From the NCBI GenBank assembly GCA_028534125.1, contig CM052817.1, forward strand, positions 60,576,001-60,640,000: a stretch of DNA of 64,000 bases. Reading direction: 5' to 3'. Shown piece by piece: positions 26,788 to 40,246 of the stretch. Both the position numbers and the translations under genes were made by a program. A model generated the notes under the pieces. The model was not told the origin of the DNA and made no database searches. It was given only the letters and a program-made list of their open reading frames with translations. The DNA comes from Lama glama. Lineage: Eukaryota. Numbering within the stretch: the first letter of the stretch is position 1; each line of letters begins with the position of its first letter.

Positions 26788-27800
26788 TTTATTTAGTACT
26801 CAATAAAAATTGAAGTGAGGGAGACAAAACAGCAATTTTTCCTGACCCCATAGAAACTTACAGATTACTGGTATAATAAATGTTAGTAATATAAAATATA
26901 GATTAAAAATCTAACTGTGATGTTACTATAGAGAGAAGGACATGATGCTGTATTGGAGTGACATGAGCGAGCCTGGGGCTGGCTCAGGTGGTCACGGAGG
27001 TTTTACTCTATGCTTATAGATGTTTACATTGAGATTGAAAGGATGAACAAGAATGAATTCAGCAATTCATTGAAGAATGGCACGTTCCTAAGATTCTTCC
27101 AATCAAGGAAGATTGTATATTCAAAACCACTGGTTCTCAAATTTGGCTGAACTTTGGAATCATTTTGGAAACTTTAAAGAATACTGATACCTGGAGCACA
27201 TGCCCAGAAATTCCGATCTAACTGGCATGGCATGTGACTTCGGCACTGGGGACTTTTTAAACTCCCCAAGTGCTTCAGAAACACAGTTTAAATCCTTAAG
27301 GCAGGAGGATTATGTCTAACCCAACAAACCGAAGGAAGAAATGTGATGTGACCTGACACTGTGACTGTAAAATATGACAAATCACATAGGTCTTGTCTGA
27401 CAACATTAGAAGTTTGGTCCTTATCTTGAGAATAGTAGAAAACGATGGAAAGATTTTAAGCAGAGGGCGTCGTGTCTAAATTTATGTTTATATTTGTAGA
27501 ATAAAGATTGTAGAAGAGAAGCTATGGAGTTAGCTTGAACTAGGATGATGCCAAGGAGATGTAGTGAAATGGATTCAAGAGTTTTTTTTTTTTTTTTAGG
27601 AGGTGAAATTGGCAGACTGGCAATGGGTTAAATATGAAAAATAGTAAGACTGACTTACTAATTTATGACCAGTGGAACTAGATGGGTGATGAGGGTAGAT
27701 TATGAGCTTCATCCTATAGCTATTTGAAGTGCATTTGAGATATCTAAGCAGAGATGTTGAAGAGACAGTAGACTATAAGGAGACATCTGGGCTTGGGATT
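26788..27800 (-). mobile_element. L2 LINE, antisense, with nested MER5
   Basis: tttatttagtactc start; ggaaagattttaagcagaggg and gagatatctaagcagagatgttgaagagacag motifs. Confidence 0.7.
27128..27285. mobile_element. MER5-type hAT-Charlie MITE
   Basis: cactggttctcaaatttggctg...ggaatca...actttttaaactccccaagtg. Confidence 0.75.
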
Positions 27801-28579
27801 TTAGGTTGCTTGGGAGCAGAGATCTAAAGTGCAATAGAGATGCTTTATATTAAACCTTGAAGTTCTATAAAAAATAATTATTTTACTTGTATAAAACACT
27901 ATTGTAATAGGCACTGGGATTAAAATTGTACCCTTGATCTTCAGTGGTTTTAATGGAGAAGATAGGAAAGACTGAGAATTCTAATGTGATTTTAAAATGA
28001 AGATCCCCTTTAAAATATATCAAAGTAGGACAGGATGAAAGAGAAGAAATCCAGCAGCTCTTATTAGATTATAATCATTAAATGCTAAAATATTATTAGG
28101 AAAAAAATTCTGATCAGAAAGAAAAGGAAAGCTAATTGGATTTTAGTGAAAGGAACCATCCTGAAGAATCACAAAAATTATCCGGGGTACAATATGATAG
28201 TAGGACATAATATCAGATTGTGAATATTTTGGGTTTTATTCAGCTTAAACTGGAAAGCCAAAAAGATAGAAGGATGAAGAGGACAGCAGGAATTTTAATG
28301 TATACGTTCATTTATCAGATATCTATTAGGTCCGATCATGTACCAGTACACCAGTGCTGTGCTGAGGGCTAGGATACAACAGTAGACAGGAAGGCGTCTT
28401 TCAGCTTCACAGAGCCTCCTATCGTATTTAAAACAAGAAAAATAAAAGAGCTTGTTTATTTGAGAAAATATCCCTAGTTAGCTTTGCAAAAGAAGCCAGT
28501 AAAAAGAATGCCTTTAGTCAATAAGATTAAGTAGCTGTTCTATGAGACTGCATTCCCTGGATGTTAGGGCAAGGTTTAG

Positions 28580-28684
28580 AGCAGTGGAGATTCTAATTTA
28601 ATTGTTCTGGGCTTAGGTTGGGCATCAAAATTTTGTAAATTTTCAGGACATTCTAATCTGCAGTCAAAGTTGAGAACCCCAGCT
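28580..28684. mobile_element. MER5-type MITE, partial
   Basis: gagattctaatttaattgttctggg...ttctaatctgcagtcaaagttgagaacc. Confidence 0.65.
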
Positions 28685-28774
28685 TCAGAAGTATGCTTCA
28701 TCACTGAAATGAGTAAGTGACTCTGAATACTGAGGCTGATGAGCAAGGAACAAAAAAATGCTGATTATATAGGA

Positions 28775-29005
28775 GTAATAATAACCAACACTTCTTTAGT
28801 CTTTATGTGCCAAGAACCCTTCTATACACTTAATATATATTAACTCAGTTAATATTCCCCCAGTCCTAGGAAGAAGTCATTTTTTTGTCTTCCCATTTTA
28901 GAGGAAATTGAAGCTCAATGGCCACACCCAGCAACTCTCAGAGCAGGTACTTGAACAAAAATAGTTTGGTTCTAGAGTTTTGGGTCTTAACCACAATGTT
29001 ATATT
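28775..29005 (-). mobile_element. MIR SINE
   Basis: aataataaccaacactt...cccattttagaggaaattgaagctca...tcttaaccac. Confidence 0.7.
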
Positions 29006-31050
29006 TTCTCTAAGTATAATGTAATAGTAATGTTACACCAAGAATTATAAAAGAAGGGAAAATTTGTAATAATGGTAGGATATCATTAAATCAGTTAAAT
29101 ACCAGTTGATAACTGAGGGTGGTTATTATGTCTGCATAAAACACCTTTGAGCTATTTGCATATATTTATGTGTTTACATATGTATATGGCTTCTCATGTT
29201 TATATTCTTCTTTTGTGGAAACCAGTTAACAAGTTTGTCTTTTGTACATGTACGTTGTTACATAGTACGGAAGTTTTTGTCTTCAGCAGGAATGCAGGGA
29301 GACGTAAGCTATAGAATCAGGTTAATTTTTTTTCCCGACTTTTCAAAGTCATTTTCTCGTGACGGAAACTCAAGTGCTAAGGCTATTCCGCATAATCTAA
29401 AGAACGACTACTACTTCGTGGTAATGACCAAGCTGTAGGAATAGAATCTTAGGAAGAAATAGTCATCCCCTAGGGAGCAAATCTAACAAATTGAACCTAT
29501 TTTACAGGTGGAAATACCATCAAGAAAACTATTATTGGAAGGATTACTGGCATACTGTGTTCCTATACATGTCAAAGAAAAAGAAATTCCAATTTAACTC
29601 TATAAAACATGTAGCTGAGTCAACTTGCCATATGTGTGTTTTCTTACACTTTCTATCCCATTACAGGAGTAATATCTACCAAATAAATGCTGTGCACTTC
29701 TAAATGGCTGGCTTTCAGCTACTTTGCTATGCCTTTGTTGTGCCCTCTTTTCCTTTGAAGGCTGAGAAAACAAATAAAGGAAATGTAGCGCGTGGGAGCA
29801 CACAGCCCCCAGTGCAGTGGATATTGTGTGTCCTGAAGCTGGAGCTTTGGTAATACACCAGGCTTCTTTCTGTTCCATGTGAATACAACTCTAATACATG
29901 TACGGAATTCTGTCTGGTATTCAATTAAGAGCTCTCTTGACTCCTGTTATTAAAGCTTAGGAACTATTGAGTGTAAAATTAAAGTTGAACAGTTCAGCTC
30001 TTTTCGACATTGTAACACCGCCTGAAAAATAGTGATGTAAAACCCAAGTCAAATGTCATCATTTAAAGCCCATGGGCAAATGAAAAGTGAAAACACTGAG
30101 GGAAAGAGAGTAAGTGTCCAAAGCTTGGTCGTTTACTAATGACAGTACACGTAATATTATGAGCCTGTTACTGTGCTCAGGCAAATATATCAACCAGTTT
30201 GCTGTATTTGCAAACAATTGATTTTAACAGAAAGCTGAAAGGTTATTATTGCTAAAGCTCCAATGATGGAAATAATTAAGGCATTAAGCATTTTCAAGGT
30301 TTTAAAATGACTTTAGGCAATCCAGAACATACTACAGGAAATCGATATACTGTAATTGAAAGGAAATTGAATTGGTCTTTATTTTTTTATCCCTTCTAAA
30401 TTTTCTCTAGACTGCCAGACCACAGAAGACAGTGAATCTCGTTTTGCCATCAGCAGTGTGACTTTCTGTAAATCTCATGTGCTGCAGGGGCCATTTTTAT
30501 TATTTTTACTTAGAAAAAGTGCTCAGCTGAATGATAGTGTTAGGAAATTTTGTGTGCATTATCTTTGTTAGTCTCTGTCCTCATTGTTTAAAACAAAACC
30601 AAAAACACAACCAGACAAAAACAACCTTCCACACCTAGAAGTCAAGTTAAAAACACTTCAAACAATGAAACCAGAAAAGTTGTTAGGTAAGCCTCACACT
30701 TGAACAGAAGTGAAATTCTTCTAGTTTTTATCAAACACTGTGCCTGTCAGTCATGCTATGCTGCCAGGACTATGCCCCACTGTAGATACAAATTCAGTTT
30801 GGATCTATGGGACCCTAACTCATTTTTACTGCTTATTATTGGAAGAAGCTTTTACAACCAAACAGAATAGCTTGAAGAGAACCTTGGGGAGATGATTGGA
30901 TATGAACAGAAATTAAGAAATCTTAAAACTTGAGTAATCCTTCAAAACGATGTGGATAATCAACATTTCCTCTGTGTGTGCTCTCGTTTATTTCCTCACT
31001 GTTCTTTTCTGTCTTATTGATCTTTGTTTATTGTTTAGAATTTTCCATTC

Positions 31051-31132
31051 TTTTGACTTCTTTTTTCCTTTATATTGAGGTGTAGTTGGTTTACAGTGTT
31101 AGTTGCTGATATACAGCATAGTGATTCAGTTT

Positions 31133-31170
<38 letters not shown>

Positions 31171-31573
31171 CATATTCTTTTTCATTTTCTTATTATAGGT
31201 TATTACAAGATACTGAATATAGTTCCCTGTGCTATACAGTAGGACCTTGTCATTTACCTATTTTATACATAGTAGTTTGTATCTGCTAATCACAAGCTTC
31301 TAATTTATCCCTCCGCCCTTTCCCCTTTAGTAACCATAAGTTTGTTTTCTGTATCTGTGAGTCTGTTTCTGCTTTGTAAATAAGTTTATTTGTATCATCT
31401 TTTTAGATTCCACTTATAAGTGATGTCATATGATATTTGTCTTTCTCTGACTTACTTAGTGTGATCATCTCTAGGTCCATTCATGTTGCTGTAAATGGCA
31501 TTATTTCATTCTTTTTGTGGCCAAGTAATATTCCATTGTATATACATATATACATACCACATCTTCTTTCATC
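31051..31573 (-). mobile_element. Relatively young 5'-truncated L1 3'UTR (cetartiodactyl-like) with an internal (TA)n run
   Basis: T-rich tail, then attgaggtgtagttggtttacagtgttag...tacagcatagtgattcagt...gaatatagttccctgtgctatacagtaggacc...ttagattccacttataagtgat. Confidence 0.85.
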
Positions 31574-31804
31574 TTTGGTACACATTTTGAGGAACATAAA
31601 CAGGGCTTAAGATAAATGAAATTGTGTCCCACACTTATCTTTACTAAGTTGGTCACACAAAGTAGAGATTTCCAGAGTTTTGAGAATCTCTTGCTCCCAT
31701 GATTTTTCTACTAATTTTTTTATATAACTTTTTAAAAAATTTTACTCAATGCCTCTTAACTGCTGAAGTGGATAAAAGATAACACAGTGGAAGGAGCAGA
31801 ACCA

Positions 31805-32365
31805 CTCAATCCTCAATCTCTGATTCTATAAAATGGGGATAATAATCATATCATCCTCATTGGGTAGTTTTGAGAAATAAATTAATTAATATATGCAAAG
31901 TTCTCATATTATTAGCACATACTGCACACTATGTACATGTTATAGTATTATTATAAGATGATGATGATAATGATGAATTTGCCTTTTGATTTATTGCCAA
32001 AATGTGAATTCACTCGCTAATATATTGAGGTAGACACAATACTTCTGATGCTTATTTTCCTTGATTATAAAAATAGGAATACTATCTTCTTTACCTATCT
32101 TAAATAAATCAAATCATGTTTATGAAAAGAGTTCATAAGCTATAAAACAGCACTGCAATTAGCAACACTGAATCTGGACTTGAAAAAGCACTAGTTTAAA
32201 TTCTAGTTTCATCTCTTAGTAGATATGTAACCTTAATTGAGTCCTTAGTTTCTATTTCTATAAAGTAATATTGGTAACAGCACCTTCTCAAAAAAGTTAT
32301 GTTGAGGCTAAAAGGAGATCATGTATGAAGAGCTCAGTGCCATGGCTGACACAGAGAGAGTATTC
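31805..32365 (+). mobile_element. Cluster of MIR fragments
   Basis: ctataaaatggggataataat...gtagttttgagaaataaattaa, plus further core-like copies near 32040 and 32200-32360. Confidence 0.6.
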
Positions 32366-32721
32366 CAAAAAATATAAAAGAAATAGTTCCAGTCAATGTA
32401 GGACATGAGTATTATTTTAATTTCTTAATAATTTCTTTGTTATGTCCTATGTAAATATATGATGAGAGGATATACTTTGTTTCTAGTTTTCCAGAGAATC
32501 TGTATCCTAAAATTTCTCCACATCAAAATTCCATCTCTTGTTTTTGGTAACCACAGCTAATGTCCAGCTAACATTAAGTATCAGAATGGTTAAATATGAA
32601 GGAATACCTGGGTTAAGTAAAGAAGTTACCAATCTTAAAATCCAGACTGTTGTTAATAAGAATAGGAGCGACTTTTCAACTTTCCAAGTGCTATAATCAA
32701 AAGACTTGTGAGTCAGATAGC

Positions 32722-32770
32722 AAAAAAAAAAAAAAAAAGAGAGAGAGAGAGAAAGGAAGAAAGAAAGAAA
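32722..32770. repeat. A-run + (GA)n + GAAA low-complexity repeat
   Basis: Directly visible; a similar A-run+(GA)n lies at 33132-33162. Confidence 0.9.
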
Positions 32771-32806
32771 ACAAAGTTGAAAAAACATCATAAAACAAAG
32801 GAGAAA

Positions 32807-32854
32807 ATTGTATTCCTGTAATATATATGAATTGTATTCCTGTAATATATATGA
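32807..32854. repeat. Perfect 24-bp tandem duplication
   Basis: ATTGTATTCCTGTAATATATATGA twice. Confidence 0.97.
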
Positions 32855-35167
32855 GAGAATCTAGCCAAACATTAAAAAATTGAGTACTTCATATCCACTT
32901 ATTTACCTGCCCACCATGCACACACTTGATATTAAAAATAAACCTCAAGGAAGGATTTTGATTGGCTTGGGTCACTTGACCAACTATTAACAATTGCTAA
33001 ACCAGAGAGTGATGAAAAAAATTGAATGATTTGGAACACTTGTCTAGGGATGGAAAAAGAAAGTAATTCTCCAAAAGGAGGGTTGGGGTTAGTGGCCATG
33101 GGACATAGCCACTGGAAGAATCAGTATGAATAAAAAGAAAAAAAAAAAAGAGAGAGAGAGAAAGTTAGAGGAGAAACATTATACATAGTACAAATAACGT
33201 TTAAGTCACTGCCCAGGTCAGAAGATAAGATGCAGCTACCTACTCTAAATTCTTTTTCATTATTGTTATTTCAAATCCCCAAACAGTAGAATGCTTTAGA
33301 CTTTTTAAATCATTGAGTATATTTAAATTTAATTTTTAAATCATTGACTATGTTTGAAGGAAGATATGGTGAAGAGGAAGCTGGAAATTATATATTTGTA
33401 ACTATGTGTCCAGAGCATTGTTGAAATAAACTGCTCAGCAGGTTTTGTTGTTATCCCAGTAGTAAATATTTAAACTAGTCAATACACCAAAATGCTATGG
33501 TCAAGTTGCACTAACAGATGGCATTTATTTAAGCAAACCGACAGTAGATTCACCCAACTTAAAAAACAACTTCAAGGGAGGGAAAAAAAGCCCTATATGT
33601 ACTTTGGCAGTATAGACCTTTTTATCATGAGTGAGATGATGTCCTAAAGTCTATTCATTTTATTTAGAATCAAGCAATGTAATTGTACAAGGTGAATAAA
33701 GCATTGGAAACTTAGCTCTTCACTTTATGTTTTAGATCTCTTTTTCTACCAGTATTATTTGGTTTAGGAAAATAAAATATTCTTGAAGAAATAATTAGAA
33801 AAAAGTGCACATTAAGGAATGTAATTGAGAATAGACTTTGGTTGACCTCAGAAGAGAACAGAAGCTCAAAAGATATTTCGTAAGGTTTTAAATTTGGCAA
33901 GTCTCTGATAATTAGACTTTCAACACATTTGAATTTGCTAATTGGACCTAAGTTGTAATTAGACTTTTTATGGAACTAAAAATGACATATCATTGTATGA
34001 ATTTAATGTGCTTTTACAGTTGAAACCAACAATTAGCAGTCTTTTCCAAATTATTTTAATAAGGAAAAAGCTTGTTTTTGTTTATATTGTGACATCCCCT
34101 TCTATTAAGATATATTGTATACATTTTAATTTTCTTAATTGAACACTTCGGGGGAGCTCAAAGAGAAACTTGAGTTTTAATAGGAAGCACCTAAATTGTT
34201 TACTTGTGAGGGAGACTTGCCAGTATGTTGATGACTTCAGAAGCTACAAACAAAATGCAATACAAGGAAATAAATCCCATTCTCAGGAAAGCAGCACAAG
34301 TAACCAGGGGCAGCTTTAAACCATCCAGTTAATCAAAACAGTCTAAGAATATGACTAAAGTTCTGTTACATTTTTAAAGCGTGCAAGTGTGGAATAAGCT
34401 GCCACATGCAAAGGCTCATGGATCTGGTATCAGGATTAATAGCATGACTTATCTTCCTGGGGTGTGCATTACAACATTCTCTTTGCAGCTTTGCTCCTTG
34501 AGCAGTTATCTGCTAATTCAGGGCACCGTATCTCTCTTTCCTCCTTATTTTTGAATTGCAAGTCACCCATTTTTATCCCATTGCAATTTATAGGCAGCAA
34601 TTTTAAAATTGGTAGTCCTCAGATTTGGATACTTCAAGAGATAAGAACTACATGAGGATGTAAAATTAAACTCATATTTTGGAGAGCAGAGAGCAGTGAA
34701 TCATCAAGACTTTAAGGGAAAGGCGGCTGCCAAAATCTTCCACGCAAATTGATAGCACCGACAAAAAAAGGCAAATTACATTGTTTTATGTGCTGTGAAT
34801 ACTTGAAAACAACAAAGCCAACAACAAAGCCATATACATGATTTTTTCCCTCAAATAAAAGCTGTAACCCCTCTAACCACATTAAAAATCTTGTAGTTTT
34901 TTCTCAATAAAAGCAGTATAAGATCTAATTAAAACCATTGAAACCATAAGAAAATCTAACTTGTGCAGTAATTGATATATTAGAACAGACATTATGCTAG
35001 AATTATCTGTGCTATTATTTTTCCAATTAGTGTATTACTGGGACTGAGTTATTGGTGTATTTATAACTCCTCATTATCTCAGATGTCCTCAGCGAGTCCC
35101 CTAAAGCATGTTGTGTACTGTCATATGTCATATGATGATATTTAAGAGCAGGAAATAGCATTTTTGA

Positions 35168-35434
<267 letters not shown>

Positions 35435-35874
35435 TGAGCCTTGCACTTTTGGCTTCTAGAGATTACTTTATCTTTCATTGCTTTATGTTTTATTAACTGA
35501 TGTCATAATCTTAAAAGAGCTTTTTAACAAATCCTGACAATGCATTCTAAGATACTTTTACTGGTCATATTTTCCAGCCTTTAATTTATATGGGTCAGAA
35601 TCAGATTTCTATGGGCTTTTCCTTTCATTATGGTACTTTTTTTCATAACTTTCTTGGACATTTTAGGCCAGATTTCCATCCTTCGACAGTTTCCTACACA
35701 AGATAAACTTATCTCTCAGGCGTTTTCTCACTGAAACCCTGTAGTCTACATAAGCTAAAATAACCGTGCCAAACAAGGGTAGATTTGACCAAATGTAGTA
35801 CATTCAGTAACACTAAAACATTAGCAGGCTAAGACAGTACTTTTCTAGGAAGGACCTACTTCAAAGGAAAGATC

Positions 35875-35995
35875 ATCTGATTGATTAATAAGTATTTATG
35901 GAGTATCTACTCTGTTCAAGCCCAGTGCTGATTACTGGGGACACTGATGGTTAAAATAGACATAGGATTCTGTCTTAAAAGAGCTTATTATGGAG
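35875..35995 (-). mobile_element. L2 3' end
   Basis: taataagtatttatggagtatctactctgttcaagcccagtgct...ctggggacac. Confidence 0.7.
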
Positions 35996-37039
35996 TGATT
36001 CTGTGGATATTAAATGAGATTATTCATGTGAAACATTTATTACAATCCCATTTACTTGTTAGGAAAATAAATAGTAACCATTATCATTTTATACATTATT
36101 ATTATTATCTCTCAAAATAAACATAAAAAATTAGATGCTAATAGAAATCTTCTTAAACAGTAAAACACTCAAATGGGTACTATCTAAATGGCCATAGAGC
36201 ATGAAGATATGCACACCCCTTGCCTGTTTCAATGTGTCTAACCTTGTGCTACTTTGTGGTATGTTTCAAAACCTAATAATCCACAGTTATGAACTTCAGT
36301 TTTCTTCAGAAAAGCCCACTTGTTTTTAAATTTGAAAAAAATCTTTCTTATAGCTTAAAAACTTGCAAAATTAGTAAATAGAAGAAGCCGTCTTTTTTGA
36401 GCCGTTGATGCTAATTGAATGTTTATCAAGGTTTATTACAGCAATGGCTGCCCTTTGTACATTGTTTAATACAAATTAAGTAAACTCAACATAATTTCAT
36501 TGTCTAAAAGAAGGATCTATGATATTCTCTATAAAAGGAAATTCAGATGCATTATCTACCCTCCCTTTTTGGTGTCTATAATTTATTTTTAGTCATTGTT
36601 GTAATAAGATTTTCACTGTTTGGCAAATGATTATATTATGAATACTTCATAACTTAATTGTGAAGGTGCTTCTGTATGTACCCAAAGGTGTGGATATGCA
36701 TTTGCACTAACGTGCCAATATGTTTTAAAAAGACAGACATTTACAGTGCAGTAAACTGTAACAGTCTCTTCTCTAATGATTAACATGGAAACTCAGGTGA
36801 AAACAGCAATAAAAGGCAACATCTGTGCTTTGCTTTTGTCTTTGACATTCATATTTTAGGGTAAAATAAACTCATTTAGCTTACTATATGATAGACTTAG
36901 TAATGGACATAAGATAAATAACACATGTGAATAACACATTGTTCATGTTACTTCATGTTACATGCATATTCATACCTCAAGGCATGCACGGAATCTTGTT
37001 GGAGGATGCACAGATAATGGAGCAGCTACAGTTTGTTAT

Positions 37040-37260
37040 TCACTGACTCTGTGCAAGATACTCTACTGAGTCGTTTTCATGTATTATCTTATTCAGTCCT
37101 CGCAGTGTTTCCAATACATAGGTAGTATTCTGATTCCAAGAATTTGGTTGAAGAATACAGAAGTTGGAAAAAATGTGGAAGATTATACAGATAGTAAGTA
37201 GCAGAGAGAATTGGGATTCCAATCCAGAAAGTCCGACGCCAGATCTCTTAACCGCTTCTT
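37040..37260 (-). mobile_element. MIR SINE
   Basis: gtattatcttattcagtcctc...agtaagtagcagag...gggattccaatccag...ctcttaacc. Confidence 0.7.
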
Positions 37261-37380
37261 TGTTAACATTATATTATACTCTCTCTACTCCTACTGTTAC
37301 AAGCGTGAGAACTGGGGTATCTATAGGATTTAATTGACTTGAGAGTTGGAAATGCTTGAGAGTGAATAAGATGAAAGTGA

Positions 37381-37415
37381 GTTTTTGTTTTGTTTTGTTT
37401 TGTTCTGTTTTGTTT
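37381..37415. repeat. (TTTTG)n pentanucleotide repeat
   Basis: Directly visible. Confidence 0.9.
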
Positions 37416-38933
37416 GGCGGAGGTGGAATCTTCATAGGGCCAGTTACTTTACACTCATTTCCAAGCTGAGCATAATGATTGCTATGTTGTGCATGAAATG
37501 GTATTGCTTCACACAGTGTTGATGCCTGCATGCCCCAGTCTCACCTTCATGGCTCATGATGGGCTATTTCCTGCAAGCTTAGCCCTGCACAAATCCTAAA
37601 TATGATTAGTGAGTAGAGATACAGAAACAGTCTGTTTCCCTTAAGTCTTCTGTGATGCAAACTGGATTTATCAGTTGGGTGCCCAGTTGACGCTTATTAC
37701 ACGCCCACAATATACACCCATTGTACTTAATTTTCAGGGTTCCTGGTTCTTCCTGTAATTCTTAATGTAATGGAAACCAGCCATGAGTTTCTTATTTATT
37801 TCCTACATGCACCTTTCCAGCTCTAGATCTTACTTGTATGGCCTTGCAAGCCTCTTCCACCCAACAGTGAGACTCATTCTTCCCTAATTAGTTCTTAGAA
37901 AACACTGTAAGGTATGCACTGATTGCATTAAAAAATGAAAGTAGGACTCAAAAGAATTAACTAAATTTCCACGCCCATATAACTCAGAAGAGATAAGTTT
38001 CAAGCCCAAAGGGGCTATGTCCTTAGCCACTTTGATATTCTGTCTTTGGGATCAGAATGAATTCATGTTAGGTTTAAATATGTTATAACTATTGAGATTG
38101 CAAATGTTACTGGATTAGTAACTTAGGAACATTTTTCTAAATGGTGTCATTAAGGATAACTTTATATTCAACTATCACCAAGCCATATAAGTGTCTTAGA
38201 GGAAAAGAAAGAATGAGAGTAAAATTCCCTCTGCTAAACTCCGTTTTCTACAGTTGGAGACAGACATAGTCTACTGATCTCTACTTCTTTTCAGCTGGGC
38301 CTAGTGTCTTACTACAAGCCATTTATTAAGATTATTGCTTTCCTTTTCTCTCCTTTAGTTGTACAAGTATGGATAGCCATAAATGACCTTTTATGTCACT
38401 AAATTTTTCATGGTAATTCACAAAACGTTAACTGAGTTGTAAATATCTTCAGAATAATTATGAATACTTAAGAAAATATAATGGAAGGAAGTTGGCAACA
38501 ATTGGAAAGAAGGGCTTGAGAAGCTATTCTGTAAGAAGGAGTGCAAGATATCTGAAAAACATCAACTGGCATTTAGAAAGCGTTCACTGATAAATGTCTT
38601 ATTTTCTTGATTTGGTTTTGCTTAAAACAGAAACATGCCTTCTCTAATGAAACATGAAGTCATTCATAAATTCTTTTGAGAAGTATTTATTGAGTGTCTT
38701 GTCTAGGTGCTTGGGGTACATGCAATACAAATGAAGATATTTTCTTTTGGAAGTTTCATTCTAGCGGGACATCTTCTAAATATCTAAGAATATTTTTTTA
38801 AAAAATGCAGTGCTGTTGTTCTATATTAAATATACAATACAGTATTCCTTTGCCTAAAACCACCAGAATACTTACATAGCTTTGTATACACATATGATTG
38901 GAAATTGATGGTAAAGCTGTGGTGATGGTTTTT

Positions 38934-39101
38934 CTATATTTTAAAAATTCAAAATTTTTCACATTTTACTATTTCTGAATCAGGATGCATCTTTCAATTG
39001 ATTCTTCTTACAATTAAAATTGGCAGCATTTTTGTCTTCATTAGTGGTAAAACAATTGTGCATCTTACAATTGAAAACAGTTTAGATTAAATAATACATG
39101 G
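38934..39101 (+). mobile_element. MER104-like Tc2/Kanga MITE
   Basis: tttttcacatttt...tctgaatcaggatgcatctt...gtgcatcttacaattga...ttagatt, matching the MER104 layout as I recall it; about 170 bp. Confidence 0.65.
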
Positions 39102-40161
39102 GTGATATCTTTAGAAAATTAATTAGGCTAATGGATATTCCTGGAAAGTTAAATTCAACAAAACTAGGCAAGAAGCCATCATAAAGAGTGAGGCTATTTT
39201 AAAGAATACTTCTGAAAGTAAAGAAATAACAGTAGGAAATGAAGCCAATTTTAAAAATAGGACAGTAATAGCAATGAAAAAAATTACTGTCTGAACTAAA
39301 ACTGTCACTAGACTCATAGAAAAATAAATGTAGAAAATAACACCAAGGCAGCTTATATTAAAACAATACCACTTAAAGCAAAGTCCAAACTATGTGTTAA
39401 GAGAGGTAAATTTCCCCCAGCAAATCACTATGGGAGGGGTGTATCAGACAGATGCCTACTATCATTTTAATAGTTATTTCCTTTTCTTAAAATATTTTCC
39501 TATTATCAGTCTCACCTCTTGGAATTATTTTTAGCAGGAATTATTTCCCTGTGAACATGTAGATGTTATCTGAGATCAGGGAAAGGTGAAATAGTTTTTT
39601 ATAGTACACCCTAAACTATTAGCTTTGACTCAGGAGCTATTTATTGAGCATCTATTGTAAGCTAAGCATTGCACTAAGTCCCCGAGAGGCAAAGATAAAT
39701 GTGATATAGTCCCTGCTTTCAAGGAGTTCCATATAAAGCATTTTATCAAAATGATTAAGGTCTCTATCAGAAAATAGGATCTGTTTGTGAAGGACTCAGA
39801 ATTAAATACATTTTGAAGAGGCTGGCAAGGAATGATAAAGTTGAGAGAGAGAGAGAAATGGAGAGAGAGAGAAACAGATGTCACAGTCTTTAGGACCTAA
39901 TTTCAACAGCAACATCCAGGACCAGGTTCATGGTTTACAGGACAATTTAATTCCTCATTTCACTGTGCTCTTTCATTTAGAACTCTTTATAACTATCTTT
40001 ATTCTGTAATAATCTCATTAGTGTTAGGCTCATCCTCTAAACTATGTACCAGTAAAATGCAAGTTGGTTTTCACATATAATGCCACAATGGTTGGTATAT
40101 AGAAGCAGGTCAGTAAATATTTGTTGAGTGAACAAATTAAAATATTCTGATAGCCTGAAGA

Positions 40162-40204
<43 letters not shown>

Positions 40205-40246
40205 AAAGAAGGGAGGGAGTTAAGAAGGAAGGAAGGAAAGAAGGAA
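40162..40246. repeat. Compound microsatellite (TG)n(AG)n followed by GGGA/GGAA runs
   Basis: Directly visible. Confidence 0.95.

Noticed and set aside
14301..30695. AG|GTAAG motifs near 14305 and 30684 as recursive splice sites
   Set aside because: Neither has an upstream polypyrimidine tract.
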